A stretch of 64,000 bases of DNA, taken from contig JANJGN010000012.1 of the NCBI GenBank assembly GCA_026770705.1, positions 45,880,001 to 45,944,000 of the forward strand. The letters run 5' to 3'. The stretch is from Isurus oxyrinchus. Lineage: Eukaryota. Below, piece after piece: positions 36,331 through 47,869 of this stretch; position 1 is the first letter of the stretch, and each line of letters opens with the position of its first letter. Below the pieces are notes generated by a model. The model was not told the origin of the DNA, ran no database searches, and saw nothing but the letters and a program-made list of their open reading frames with translations. The position numbers and the translations under genes were made by a program.

Positions 36331-38403
36331 AATCCACAAACAGGACTGTCCTGGCAGACCAATTATGTCAGCCTGTTCCTGCCCCACAGAACTCATTTCT
36401 TGCTATCTTGACTCCATCCTCTCTCCCCTTGTCCAGTCTCTTCCCACCTATATCCGCGATTCCTCTGATGCCCTACATCATATCAACAATTTCCAGTTCC
36501 CTGGCCCCAACCGCCTCCTTTTCACCATGGACGTCCAATCCCTCTATACCTCGATCCCCAAATGGGATGGCGGGAGGGCACTCCACTTCTTCCTTGAAGA
36601 GGCCCAAACAATCCCCATCCACCACCACTCTCCTCCATCTGGCTGAACTTGTTCTCTCACTTAACAATTTCTCCGTAAACTTGTCTCTCTTTCTCCAAAT
36701 AAAAGGTGTGGCTATGGGTACCCGCATGGGCCCCTGTTATGCCTGTCTCTTTATGGATTATGTGGAACATTCCTTGTTCCAGTCCTACTCCAGCCCCCTC
36801 CCACAACTCTTTCTCCAGTACATTGATGATTGCTTCGGTGCCACTTCATGCTCTCGTCTGGACCTGGAAAATTTTATTAATTTTGCTTCCAATTTCCACC
36901 CCTCCATCACTTTCGCATGGTCCATCACTGACACTTCCCTTCCCTTCCTTGCCCTCTTTGTCTCAATTTCTGGTGATAGACTATTCACCAATATCCATTA
37001 CAAGCCCACCGACTCCCACAGCTACCTTGATTACAGCTCCTGCTTCCAGTAAGGACTCCATCCCTTTCTCTCAGTTCCTTCACCTCCGCCGCATCTGTTC
37101 TGATGATGCCAATTTCCAAAACAGTTCTTCTGACATGTCTTCCTTCTTCCTTAAACGAAGTTTTCCACCGATGGTGGTTGACAGGGCCCTCAACCACATC
37201 CAACCCATCGCCCACGCATCTGCCCTCATATCTTCCTCTCCCTCCCAGAACCATGATTGGGTCCCTCTTGTCCTCACTTATCACCCCATCAGCCTCCGTA
37301 TTCAAAGGATCATCCTCCACCATTTCCGCCAACTCCAGCATGATACCACCACATCTTCCCTTCACCCCTCTCTGTCAGCATTCTTTAGGGACCATTCCCT
37401 CCAGGACACCCTGGTCCACTCTTCCATCACCCCCTACACCTCAACCCCCTCCCACAGCACCTTCCCATGCAACTGCAAAAGGTGCAACCCCTGCCCCTTT
37501 ACTTGCCCCCTCCTCACCGTCCAAGGGCCCAAACGCTCCTTTCAAGTGAAGCAGCACTTCACTTGTACTCCCCTCAATTTAGTCTATGGCATTCACTGCT
37601 CCCAATGTGGTCTCCTCTACACTGGAAGACCAAACGCTGACTGGGTGGCTGCTTTGTGGAACAGCTTCGGTTTGTCCGCAAGCATGACCCATACCTCCCT
37701 GTTGCTGGCCATTTCAACACACGACCCTGCTCTCATGCCCACATGTCCGTCCTTGGCCTGCTGCAATGTTCCAGTGAAGCTCAATGCAAACTGAAGGAAC
37801 AGCACCTCATCTTCCAATTAGGCACTTTACAGCTTTCTGGACTTATCATTGAGTTCAACAACTTCAGATCATGAATTCTTTTCTGCATCCTCACCCCCTT
37901 TTGGATCCCCTTTTTTCTAATAATTATATATTTTTTATAAAAATAGTTTTCTTTTCCCACCTATTTTGATTATTATTTTTAAAATTTATTTCCATCCATT
38001 GTTTTATCTCCACCTTTTAGCCTATTTCAATCCCTTCCCCCCACTAGGACCATCTGTCACTTGCTCATCCTGCTTTCTACCCTTAATATCACCATTAGCA
38101 CATCCTTTAGCTAATATCATCACCATTAACACCCCTTTGACCTTTTTGTTTATGACATCTTTGGCAATCTCTCCTTTGCCTCCACCAATCACTGACCCTC
38201 CATCCAGATCCACCTGTTTCCCCTCCCCTTAAACAGCTTATATTTCACCACATTTCTATTTCTCTTTCGTTCTGATGAAGAGTCAAATGGACTTGAAATG
38301 TTAACTCTGTATTCCTTTCCACAGATGCTGTCAGACGTGCTGAATTTTTCCAGTTATTTTTGTTTTTGTTTCAGATTTCCAGCATCTGAAGTATTTTACT
38401 TTT
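36331..38403 (+). mobile_element. Penelope-like element (RT + GIY-YIG + pLTR) in the V2 leader intron
   Basis: KIHKQDCPGRPI, FTMDVQSLYTSIP, GVAMGTRMGPCYA, QYIDD. 12-bp TSD AACAATGTTTAA at 36319-36330 and 38404-38415. Hammerhead core CTGATGA at 38272-38278. Confidence 0.93.
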
Positions 38404-38432
38404 AACAATGTTTAATCCCTGCTCTGTTACAG

Positions 38433-38759
38433 ATGGACATTGCCAAACTCTGACTCAGCCTTCAGGCCTGACTGTGAAACTAGGAAACATGGCTACACTG
38501 GACTGCAACATTGGAACGGGTAATGGCAATTTTGCTTATTGGTACAAGTAGACACCAGGAGCAGCTCCTCAATGGATCCTCTATTACTATCACTCTCTCA
38601 ATGCACCTACCTATGGTTCTGGGTTTAGCAGCAACCATTTCACATCAAAAGTCAACAGTGGCCATGACATTTACCAGTTAATCATAAAGAATGTGGAGGT
38701 GAATGATGCTGCCATCTATTACTGTGGAAAGTGGTTTTCATCGAGTAATACTTATGTGC
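38433..38759 (+). pseudogene. Ig light-chain sigma-like V segment pseudogene (V2)
   Basis: QTLTQPSGLTVKLGNMATLDCNIGTGNGNFAYWYK*TPGAAPQWILYYYHSLNAPTYGSGFSSNHFTSKVNSGHDIYQLIIKNVEVNDAAIYYCGKWFSSSNTYV, with a single TAG at 38549-38551. Confidence 0.93.
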
Positions 38760-38787
38760 CACAGTGACATAAGGTAAAACAAAAACT
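38760..38787 (+). promoter_or_regulatory. 12-bp-spacer RSS of V2
   Basis: CACAGTG-acataaggtaaa(12)-ACAAAAACT. Confidence 0.93.
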
Positions 38788-39089
38788 GAGAGCAACAAAT
38801 ATTATAGAGCTAGACACAAATATATTGATTATATTGTAATGTTTTAAATTTCATAAAGTCTGTGTTCCTTATTCAATATTTTCAAATTAATATCATTTCA
38901 TAATTGATAACATTCTGAATCTCACTGCCCCGTATTGAGTATTAATGACATTTTGATGTCAGTGTGTAGGTGTTGCTGTGAGCTCATTCCTTATTGGCCC
39001 TCACCAGCTAGGAACTGGGAATACATGAAAGTCTGATTAATGCTGGGACTGGAGAATCATGAATGCTTTCTGTCTGATTCCACGATCAG

Positions 39090-39128
39090 GATAACTGTAT
39101 GGACTGAACCCTAGAACATCACACTGTG
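39090..39128 (-). promoter_or_regulatory. 23-bp-spacer RSS of J2
   Basis: GATAACTGT-23 nt-CACTGTG: consensus heptamer, atypical nonamer. Confidence 0.85.
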
Positions 39129-39164
39129 TGGGTGTTCGGCAAGGGATCAAGCTCTTTGTTGCAG
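39129..39164 (+). pseudogene. Ig light-chain J segment J2 (1-nt deletion)
   Basis: TGGGTGTTCGGCAAGGGATCAAGCTCTTTGTTGCAG|GTAAGC: 36 nt versus 37 nt for J1. Confidence 0.9.
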
Positions 39165-39569
39165 GTAAGCAGTTGGAAGTTCCCTCCTGCAAAAACTAGC
39201 TATGTGAACTTGTAAATTTAGTAACTGATTTTTAATTTAAACTCGGTTTCTCTGAGCACTTGTTAGATACTAATTATACTCTGTGAAACTGCAGATTTCA
39301 GTACTATCGTATTTAGTGTCCAACACAATTTCTGCAAATTAGTGTTGTCTTTCTGCACTAGATGTGTTCATTACTGCTAGGTTTCTCTTAATTTTTGCTT
39401 TATTTCTAGTGCTAGCTGTTAATTAGTATTGTTTCTCTAAATTAATGTATGTTGCTAGCTTAGAAGGTGCTGTTTCTGTGAATTAGAGCTATACTCTGTG
39501 GTGCTTTGAAGCTTTATTTATCACTGCATATGTTGCTGTCTGTTAATTAACACTATTTTTGTGAGTGGT

Positions 39570-39840
39570 GGGAAGTCTTGTGGTGCAGTTGTAGCATCCT
39601 TCTCTCAGGGGAAGAAGCTCTGGGTTCAAGTCCCACTTTAGGACTTGATGACCGTAGAAAGCATGTTTGTAATGTGGCCAAGCAAGTTGATTATCAACCG
39701 ATAAATCTTTCCAGTCAGCAATACTGCAGAATGCAATAGCAAACCACTGCAGTACTTTGCCAAACATAATCATGGACCAATCCAATGAAAGTCCATGGTT
39801 GACAACACCCTTTTAGGGCATGGTACCTGAAGTAGGTGAA
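39570..39840 (+). mobile_element. tRNA-derived SINE-like repeat
   Basis: A-box-like TGGTGCAGTTG and B-box GGTTCAAGTCC. The family was not identified. Confidence 0.5.
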
Positions 39841-40386
39841 GGAATTTTGAGAGTACAGTTAATTCCGTTAAGTCTTATTCATTAATTAACTAATGCAGAG
39901 TTTTTTCTGAAAATTACTTCTGTTTTTTAAAAGCTGTGAATTCCAACCACCTCATTCTCAAAATTCTGCATGAACATGGAATTGCTTTTGAAACTAAATC
40001 AGTGCAGAGAAAATCTGATATATCTGTACATCTGTTTCTGTCTCTACAGATGCTGCCAGACCTGCTGAGTTTTTCCAGCATTTTCTGTTTTTATTTCAGT
40101 ACATCTGGTTTGTTTAAACATAAATGGAGGGGTAGTGCTGGAAAAGGTAAAATTGAATTGTCCAGGTGAACCTGTGCTGTTTAATTTTAACAGTGGATGC
40201 ATGGAGGCCTACAGGCACATGAATGTGAAACAGGTTGAAACATTTAAAAGAACCCAAACTGAGGAATGTTGTGCAAGGCTTTGGGAAAAGCAATTCTGGT
40301 CTTAGCCACAGAGGCAGAGATCACTAATTCATGGTGAAAATTAGACAGCCTGGATCACTTTTATCCTTAACCAGTCAATTTAGGTT

Positions 40387-40676
40387 GTGGCATAGTGGTA
40401 TTGTCACTGACTTATATTCCAGGGACCCAGGGCAATGCTCTGGGATTTGAATCCCACCACAGCAGTTATGAAATTTGTATTCAATAAAAACTGGGGATTG
40501 TCATAAAAACCCATCTAAGGAAGGAAATCTACCATCCTTAACTGGTCTGGCCTACTTGTGACTGCAGTCCCACAGCAATATGGTTGACTCTTAAATGCTG
40601 TCTAAACAATGGCAATTAGGGATGAGCAATAAATAATAAACAAATGCCCACATCCCATGAATGAATTAAAAAAAAT
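40387..40676 (+). mobile_element. tRNA-headed SINE sharing both ends with the second LINE family
   Basis: The head matches 42615-42880 and the tail matches 46075-46145, ending in an A-run. A second, degenerate copy lies at ~40820-41145. Confidence 0.8.
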
Positions 40677-41396
40677 TGAGGCCAACTGAATTATCCAAGA
40701 CACACTTGTTCATCAGCTATAGCCACAGTCTAGGGCTGGAATCTTGGAGATGGCAGTGAAAGAATGAGAAGGAATTGTAGTTAATCTTGTAATTCAGATT
40801 TCTGTACTGATAATCTAAAGGATTAGAATTTGAATTCAACTTATTCAAAAAATGTATTCATAAAGCTGATTGTTGTACGAACACATCTTGTTCAATAATA
40901 TCCTTTAGGAAAGGAAATCTGCTGTCTTTGAAGTTTAGCCTAAATGTGACTCTAGTCTCACACCAGCATGATTGACTCTTAACTGTCCTCTAAAATGGGC
41001 TAACAAGCTACTCAATTGTATCAAACTACTATTGTGATACAACATGTAGATCCCAAAATAGCCTTCTCACGGTGGATAAGGAGAGACTATAAATGTTGAT
41101 GTTGCCAGTGATGCCCACATCCTAAGAATGAATCGTGGCAAAAAAATTGCAGCATGTGATACTTTTAGCCACTGAACCATCAGGATAGTCTTCACAACAG
41201 TCTATCAAAATTGTTGCTACTGTTTTGACAAAGCCAAAACAATCTAAAAAAGGCAACTGCCTGTCACTCTCCGTAAACTTCTGGGGTCCATGGTAGGAAA
41301 CTAAGGCCTTTCACAGCAACTTCTATTAAACTCTGAAATGATCCTAAGATTTTCTCTAACTTGATACAAACAAAGTTTCTCTGGTTCTGATTGCCG

Positions 41397-41719
41397 CTCA
41401 GCAACTCCCTACCCCTTCGGTAAAACTGCTTGGACTTTCAGCCGATGAGATGTCCACTAAAGGAGCCGGCACATTAGTTTGTCCCGTCAGCAAACTGTCC
41501 ATGGGCTTTGCTGCGGTCAGCTGGACAGTTGACAGGAGCCCGATGAGCAGTGAGGTCCAAACCAGCATGGCGTCGCAGAACCTGGACAACATCTTAAGCC
41601 TCAGCAGTTACCTGACAGTCCCTGGCAGAGATTGGAGCAATGGGAAGGTGTACTCCTGTACAATTCAACAAGGAACAGCTTCAAAAACAACTGCAACTGC
41701 CTCACAATCTGGCCGTTAA
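41397..41719 (+). pseudogene. Ig light-chain constant exon C2 (acceptor AG>CG; terminal Cys>Arg)
   Basis: QQLPTPSVKLLGLSADEMSTKGAGTLVCPV..SWTVD..LSLSSYLTVPGRDWSNGKVYSCTIQQG..SGR*. TTGCCG replaces the TTGCAG of C1 and C3. AATAAA at 42046-42051. Confidence 0.92.
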
Positions 41720-42609
41720 ATAGATGGAAATTTCACTTGAGCAGTCTGAGTTGTGGGAAAATATCACCCTTTTCTTCCCCAACCCACCATTTTCCACCCT
41801 CTACCTTTGGTGTCTATTACATTTTGCGCTTCTATTTTGCTTTGTGTGGTTCTGCTGTATTTGAAGTGTTTGTACATAGTTTTCCCCTAATTCAGAAGGC
41901 TCCATGAAGGTCAATATGGCCAGTAACTTGGTTCTAAAAAGGGTGGCTTGCTCAGTACGAGTAATGGATTTAATTAAGGTCACTTCTGATATCCCAGCAG
42001 CTTCAGCCCGGCAATGAGTCATTGTCCATGAATGTAAAGTGAGCCAATAAAGAAAATCTGTGCAGGAAACGTGTCCAAGCGTAGGTTTTACTTTGTTGCA
42101 GAGTGAATCATTCTGAGGGGAGACAAAAATTTGTAGCATATTCTTCACACACTTAACTCCAAACTAGAAGAGAACAGTAGGTAGAATGAATACCCTGCAG
42201 CCTCTGCATTATTTCAACCTCTTTTTAACCAGCTCACTGGGCCTGCTATGGAGGCACACTTAAAAAAAAACTCAGACTCTGTAAAATAGGGGTACTTTAG
42301 TCTACAGCCGCCTCTTTTAACTCTGGGATGAAACCAACCTAGTCAAATGCCACAAAAGTCCCCTGGATGTTGGCAGATTCAAAAACAAAGAGCAGAGGGA
42401 GTGACAAATATTACCCTATAGAGACCAATAACTTAAAAAAAATAGTTTCCAGCGACTGATAGAAATAACCGAAGGACAAGGTTTCACATTTTAAGACTTT
42501 TACTGTAACAAACCAACTAAAATCAACCTAGATCAAATATTACTTAAGAAACTAATACACCAAAATAAGGAAAGGGTCCTTTTAGATTAACTAATTAATG
42601 CAATTGAGA

Positions 42610-45600
42610 GGGGAGGCACTGGCAGTAGTGGTATTGTCGCTGGACTAGTAATCCAGAGACCCAGGGTAATGCTCTGGGGACCCACATTTGAATCCCACCA
42701 TGGTAGATGGTGGAATTTGAATTCAATAAAAATCTGGAATTAAAAGTTTAATGATGACCAAGAAACCATTATCGATTTTTGTAAAATTCCACCTAGTTCG
42801 CTAATGTCCTTTCGGAGATCTGCCGTCCTTACCTGGTCTGGCTACATGACCCACAGCGGTTTGGCTGACTCTTAAATACCCCTGAAATGGCCTAGCAAGC
42901 CACTCAGTTGTATCAACCCACTACAAATTCACAAAAAAGGAATGAAACCGGACGGACCACCCGGCATTGACCTAGGCACCGGAAAAGACAATGGCAATCT
43001 CAACCCTGTTGACCCTGCAAAGTCCTCCTTACTAACATATAGAGATGAGTGGTAAAATTGGGAGAGCTGTCTCACAGACTAGTCAAACAACAGTCTGGCA
43101 CAGTCATCCTCACAGAATCGTATTTTACAGACAATGTCCCAGACACCACCATCACCATTCCTGGGTATGTCCTGTCCCACTAGCAGGACAGACCTAGCAG
43201 AGATGGTGACACAGTGGTACACAGTTGGGAGGGAGTTGCCCTGGAAGTTTTCAACATCGACTCTGGACTCCATGAAGTCTCATGGCATCAGGTCAAATAT
43301 GGGCAAGGAAACAAGGATTACCATGTACCACTTTCCTTCAGCTGATGTATCAGTACTCCTCCATGTTGAACAACAGTTTGAGGAAGCACTGAGGGTGGAA
43401 AGGGTGCAGAATATACTCTGGGTGGGGGACTTCAATGTGTATCACCAAGAGTGGCTCGGTAGCACCACTACTGACTGAGCTGGTCGACTGCTAAATGACA
43501 TAGCTGCTAGGGTTTGTGACAGGTGGCGAGGGAACCAACAAAAGGGAAAAACATGCTTGAACTTGTCCTCACCAGCCTACCTGCCGCAGATGCATCAGTC
43601 CATGACAGTATCAGTAGAAGTGACCACCGCAAAGTTGTTGTGAGGACGAAATCTCACCTTCACATTGAGGACACCTTCCATCGTGTTGTGTGGCACTACC
43701 AATGTGCTAAGTTGGATAAATTTTGAACAGATCTAGCAACTCAAGACTAGCCATCCATGAGGCACAGTGGGCCATCAGCAGCAGCAGAATTGTACTCGAA
43801 CACAACCTGTAACCTCATGGTCCGCATATCCCCCACTCTACCATTGGTTCAACCCTGGTTCAATGAAGAGTGCGGGAGGGCATGCCAGAAGCAGCACCAG
43901 GCATACCTAAAAATGAGGTGCCAACCTGGTGAAGCTATAATATAGGACTACTTGCGTGCCAAACAGCATAAGCAGCAAGTGATAGACAGAGCTAAGCGAT
44001 CCCACAACCAACAGATCAGATCTAAGCTCTGCAGTCCTGCCACATCCAGTTGTGAATGGTGGTGGACAATTAAACAACTCACTGGAGGGGGAGGCTCCAC
44101 AAGTATCTCCATCCTCAATGGAGGAGCCCAGCATATCAGTTCAAAAGCTAAGGCTGAAGCATTTGCTACAATCTTAAGCCAGAAGTGACAAATGGATGAT
44201 CCATCTCGGCCTCCTCCAGAGGTCCCCAGCATCACAAATGCTAGTCTTCAGCTAATTTGATTCACTCCACGGGATATCAAGAAAAGGCTGAAGGCACTGG
44301 ATAGTGCTACGGCTATGGACCCTGACAATATTCCGGCAATAGTACTGAAGACATGTGCTCCAGAACTTGCCACGACCCTAGCCAAGCTGTTCCAGTACAG
44401 CTACAACACTGGCATCTACCCAGCTATGTGGAAAATTGCCCAGGTATGTCCTGTACATAAAAAGTAGGACAAATCCAACCCATTATTAATGAAGCAGCTG
44501 AAGATGGTTGGGCCGAGGACACTATCTTAAGTGACACCTGCAGTGATGCCCTGGAACTGAGATGACTGACCTCCAACAACCACAACCATCTTCCTTTGTG
44601 CTAGGTATGATTCCAGCCAGTGGAGAGTTTACCCCCTGATTCCCATTGACTTTAGTTTTGCTAGGGCACCTTGATGCCACACTTGGTCAATTGCAGCCTT
44701 GATGTCAAGGACAGTCACTCTCACCTCACATCGGGAGTTCAACTCCTTTGCCCATGTTTGAACCAACCCAAATCCAACCCAGCCAATTACTGCATCATCA
44801 GTCTATGCTTGATGTAAAATAATGGAAGGGGTCATCAACAGTGCTTTCAAGCTGCACTTGCTTAGCAATAACCTGCTCACTGATGCCCAGCTTGGGTTCT
44901 GCCAGGGCTACTCAGCTCTTGACCTCATTACAGCTTTGGTTCAAACATGGGCAAAAGAGCTGAACTCCTGAGGTGAGGTGAGAGTGACTGTCCTTGACAT
45001 CAAGGCCGCAATTGACCGAGTGTGGCATCAAGGTGCCCTAGCAAAACTAAAGTCAATGGGAATCAGGGGGTAAACTCTCCACTGGCTGGAATCATACCTA
45101 GCGCAAAGGAAGATGGTTGTGGTTGTTGGAGGTCAGTCATCTCAGTTCCAGGGCATCACTGCAGGTGTCACTTAAGATAGTGTTCTCGGCCCAACCATCT
45201 TCAGCTGCTTCATTAATAACCTTCCTTCCTTCATAAGGTCAGAAGTGGAGATGTTCGCTGATGATTGCACAATGTTCAGCACCATTCACAACTTCTCAGG
45301 TACTGAAGTAGTCCATGTCCAAATGCAACAAGACCTGGACAATACCCAGGCTTGGGCTGACAAGTCACATTCATGCCACACAAGTGTCAGGCAATGACCA
45401 TCTCCAACAAGAGAGGATCCAACCATCACCCCTTGATGTTCAATGGCATTATCATCACTGATCCCCCCCCACTGTCAACATCCTGGGGGGTTACCATTGA
45501 CCAGAAACTGAACTGGACTGGCCATATAAATATTTGGCTACAAAAGGAGGTCAGAGGCTAGGAATTGTACGATGAGTAACTCATCGCCAGACTCCCCAAA

Positions 45601-46145
45601 GCCTGTTCACCATCTACAAGGCACAAATCAGGAATGAGATGGAATACTTCTCACTTGCCCGGATGAATACAACTCTCACAACACTGAAGAAGCTTGATAC
45701 CGTCCAGGACAAAGCAGCCAGCTTGATTGATACCACATTCACAAACATTCACTCCCTCCACCACCGATGCACAGTAGCAGCAGTGTGTACTATCTACCAG
45801 ATGCACTGCAGGAAGTCACCAAGGCTCCTTTGAAAGCACCTTCAAAACCCATGACCACTACCATCTAGGGGGAAAGGGCAGCAGATAGATGGGAACGCCA
45901 CCACCTGGAACCTCCCCTCCAAGTCACTCACCATCCTGACTTGGAAATATTTTGCTGTTCCTTCACTGTCACTGAGTCAAAATCCTGAACTCCCTTCCTA
46001 ACAGCACTGTGGGTGTACCTGCACAACATGGACTGCAGCGGTTAAAGAAGGCAGCTCACCACCACCTTCTCAAGGGCAACTAGGGATGGGAATTAAACGC
46101 TGGCCTAGCCAGAGAAGCCAACATTCCGTGAATGAATAAAAAAAA
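42610..46145 (+). mobile_element. APE-RT LINE (second family), full length with tRNA-SINE-like head and internal inverted duplication
   Basis: Pol III A/B-box-like head, APE motifs (VILTES, WVGDFNVYHQEW), RT (LDIKAA.DRVWH, MFADDC) and an A-rich tail. Many stops. Confidence 0.9.
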
Positions 46146-47869
46146 TACATTTTACAACCCCATTTGGGGTGCACTGCACTCTGGCAGATGTGTAACTTAC
46201 AAGAACAAATTGCAAGTTACTTCCAGCATTCTAGCAGGTTCACTTCTACAACAGGTTGAAACTTCTGGTGCCCTTTGGAAATTATTTCACTCAGCCTGCA
46301 TATTTCAGCCCTAACTTTCACCAGCAAAGCCAACCACAGCTACTCCTGTTTCCTTAAATCTCAAAGTCTGTCGGTCTGTCCCCCTCATTTCAAACAGTAA
46401 ACCAACTCTTACAAGTATTCTAAATGGTTACTCACATAAAGCACTGCTTCTCTGCTCCTCATAGCAGCAACGGCTTTGTTCCTCCACACTACAGGAATTA
46501 CGTTATCTCCCTGTATCTTACAAAGCAGCTGTCCTTTTACTGCGAGTTACTCTGAAAAAGTTTGGAAAATGTCACCTGATATTTCAATAGGGTTCTGTTC
46601 AAGGTTCTTGCTCATGGTAGTCAGATCACATGGGCCAGTCTCCAGACAGAGATTTTTAGTATGACCTCACCACCCCCCCCCGAATCCAAAACATTGTTTC
46701 ACCTTCAGTTAAAGAAGACATTTTAAAACAAAACCATCTTGTAAATTTCAATATTCATAACACAAAATATCAATAGTTGACTGCAGAAAGATAATTTGTG
46801 AAACCATGAGTAGAATTGGAAGATGATGGAGATGAAGAACATGCCAATGGCAGGGATTTTTTTCCCCCAAAATCCTTGTTCATTTATAATATGGAGGGGT
46901 GGGAGTTTGATTGAGTCATCTTACCCAAACAGAGCTCTACTATATCATGTCTCCTCACTTCTATACCAAGGATTCACAAACTTTTTATTTGAGGCTCCCT
47001 TCCATGATATAAAAATTCCAATGTAATTATTCCCCCGTAATAAGTATTTTTCTCTACAAAAAGTTTATAATTAAATGTATACATTTGTTATTTTTGATTT
47101 GCTTACCACTTGAACGCTACCCTCCAATCCCTTCTTGAGATTCTCTTTTCTCCACACTCCAATTTACCAGACATCTCATAATTCTCCTTCCAATTTGAAA
47201 CTTCTTAGTACCTTGGGCAAGCACTTTAAAAAAAATGTATGTATTGTATAAATATGGTAGTGGAGACAATTATAACTCCCTATGGTATGGCAGGCAGGAA
47301 TTCTTTAGGGAGTGAAATTACATGCATTGGGTGGAACTAAGGAGAAATCAAAAGCATGAAGAAAACATGGACACTCAGAGAATTTTGCCAATGGATTTGA
47401 TGCACAAAGTTTTAGGCTATGCTCTCTCTCTGGCATTGAGTCTCAGTGTTGTTTTCCAGGCAAAGGCACAGTCCTTGTGCTGCCAATTCCTTCTGGGGTC
47501 TCCTTCTGCTCGCTGGTCCAAACACCAACCAGCACTGCTGCCTCAAACATGGGACAATTTGCTTTTTCTCTCACTCTCTCCACATTTCAACTTGTCTGAA
47601 CAGAGGCCCCACCTCTGATTCACTCTCATTGGATAACATACATTGATTTACAAAACATCAGCACCACGCACCCACCCCTTCAAACTCTTGCTTATCCTGA
47701 CTCATATTTGGGTTATTACCTATTATTTCATAAGTATTCTTATCTGCAAATACTTTGTCCTTTTTTATGGCAGATTCTTCCAAACCTTCTCATGGGCCCC
47801 AAGAGGGCCACAACCCCCGATTGAGAGCTACTGCTCTAAACCGCTCCAATAATGTGGCAAGATGTTTGA

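Noticed and set aside
36706-37794. 362-aa ORF, the longest in the window
   Set aside because: A frameshift-fused piece of the decayed Penelope ORF, not a host gene.
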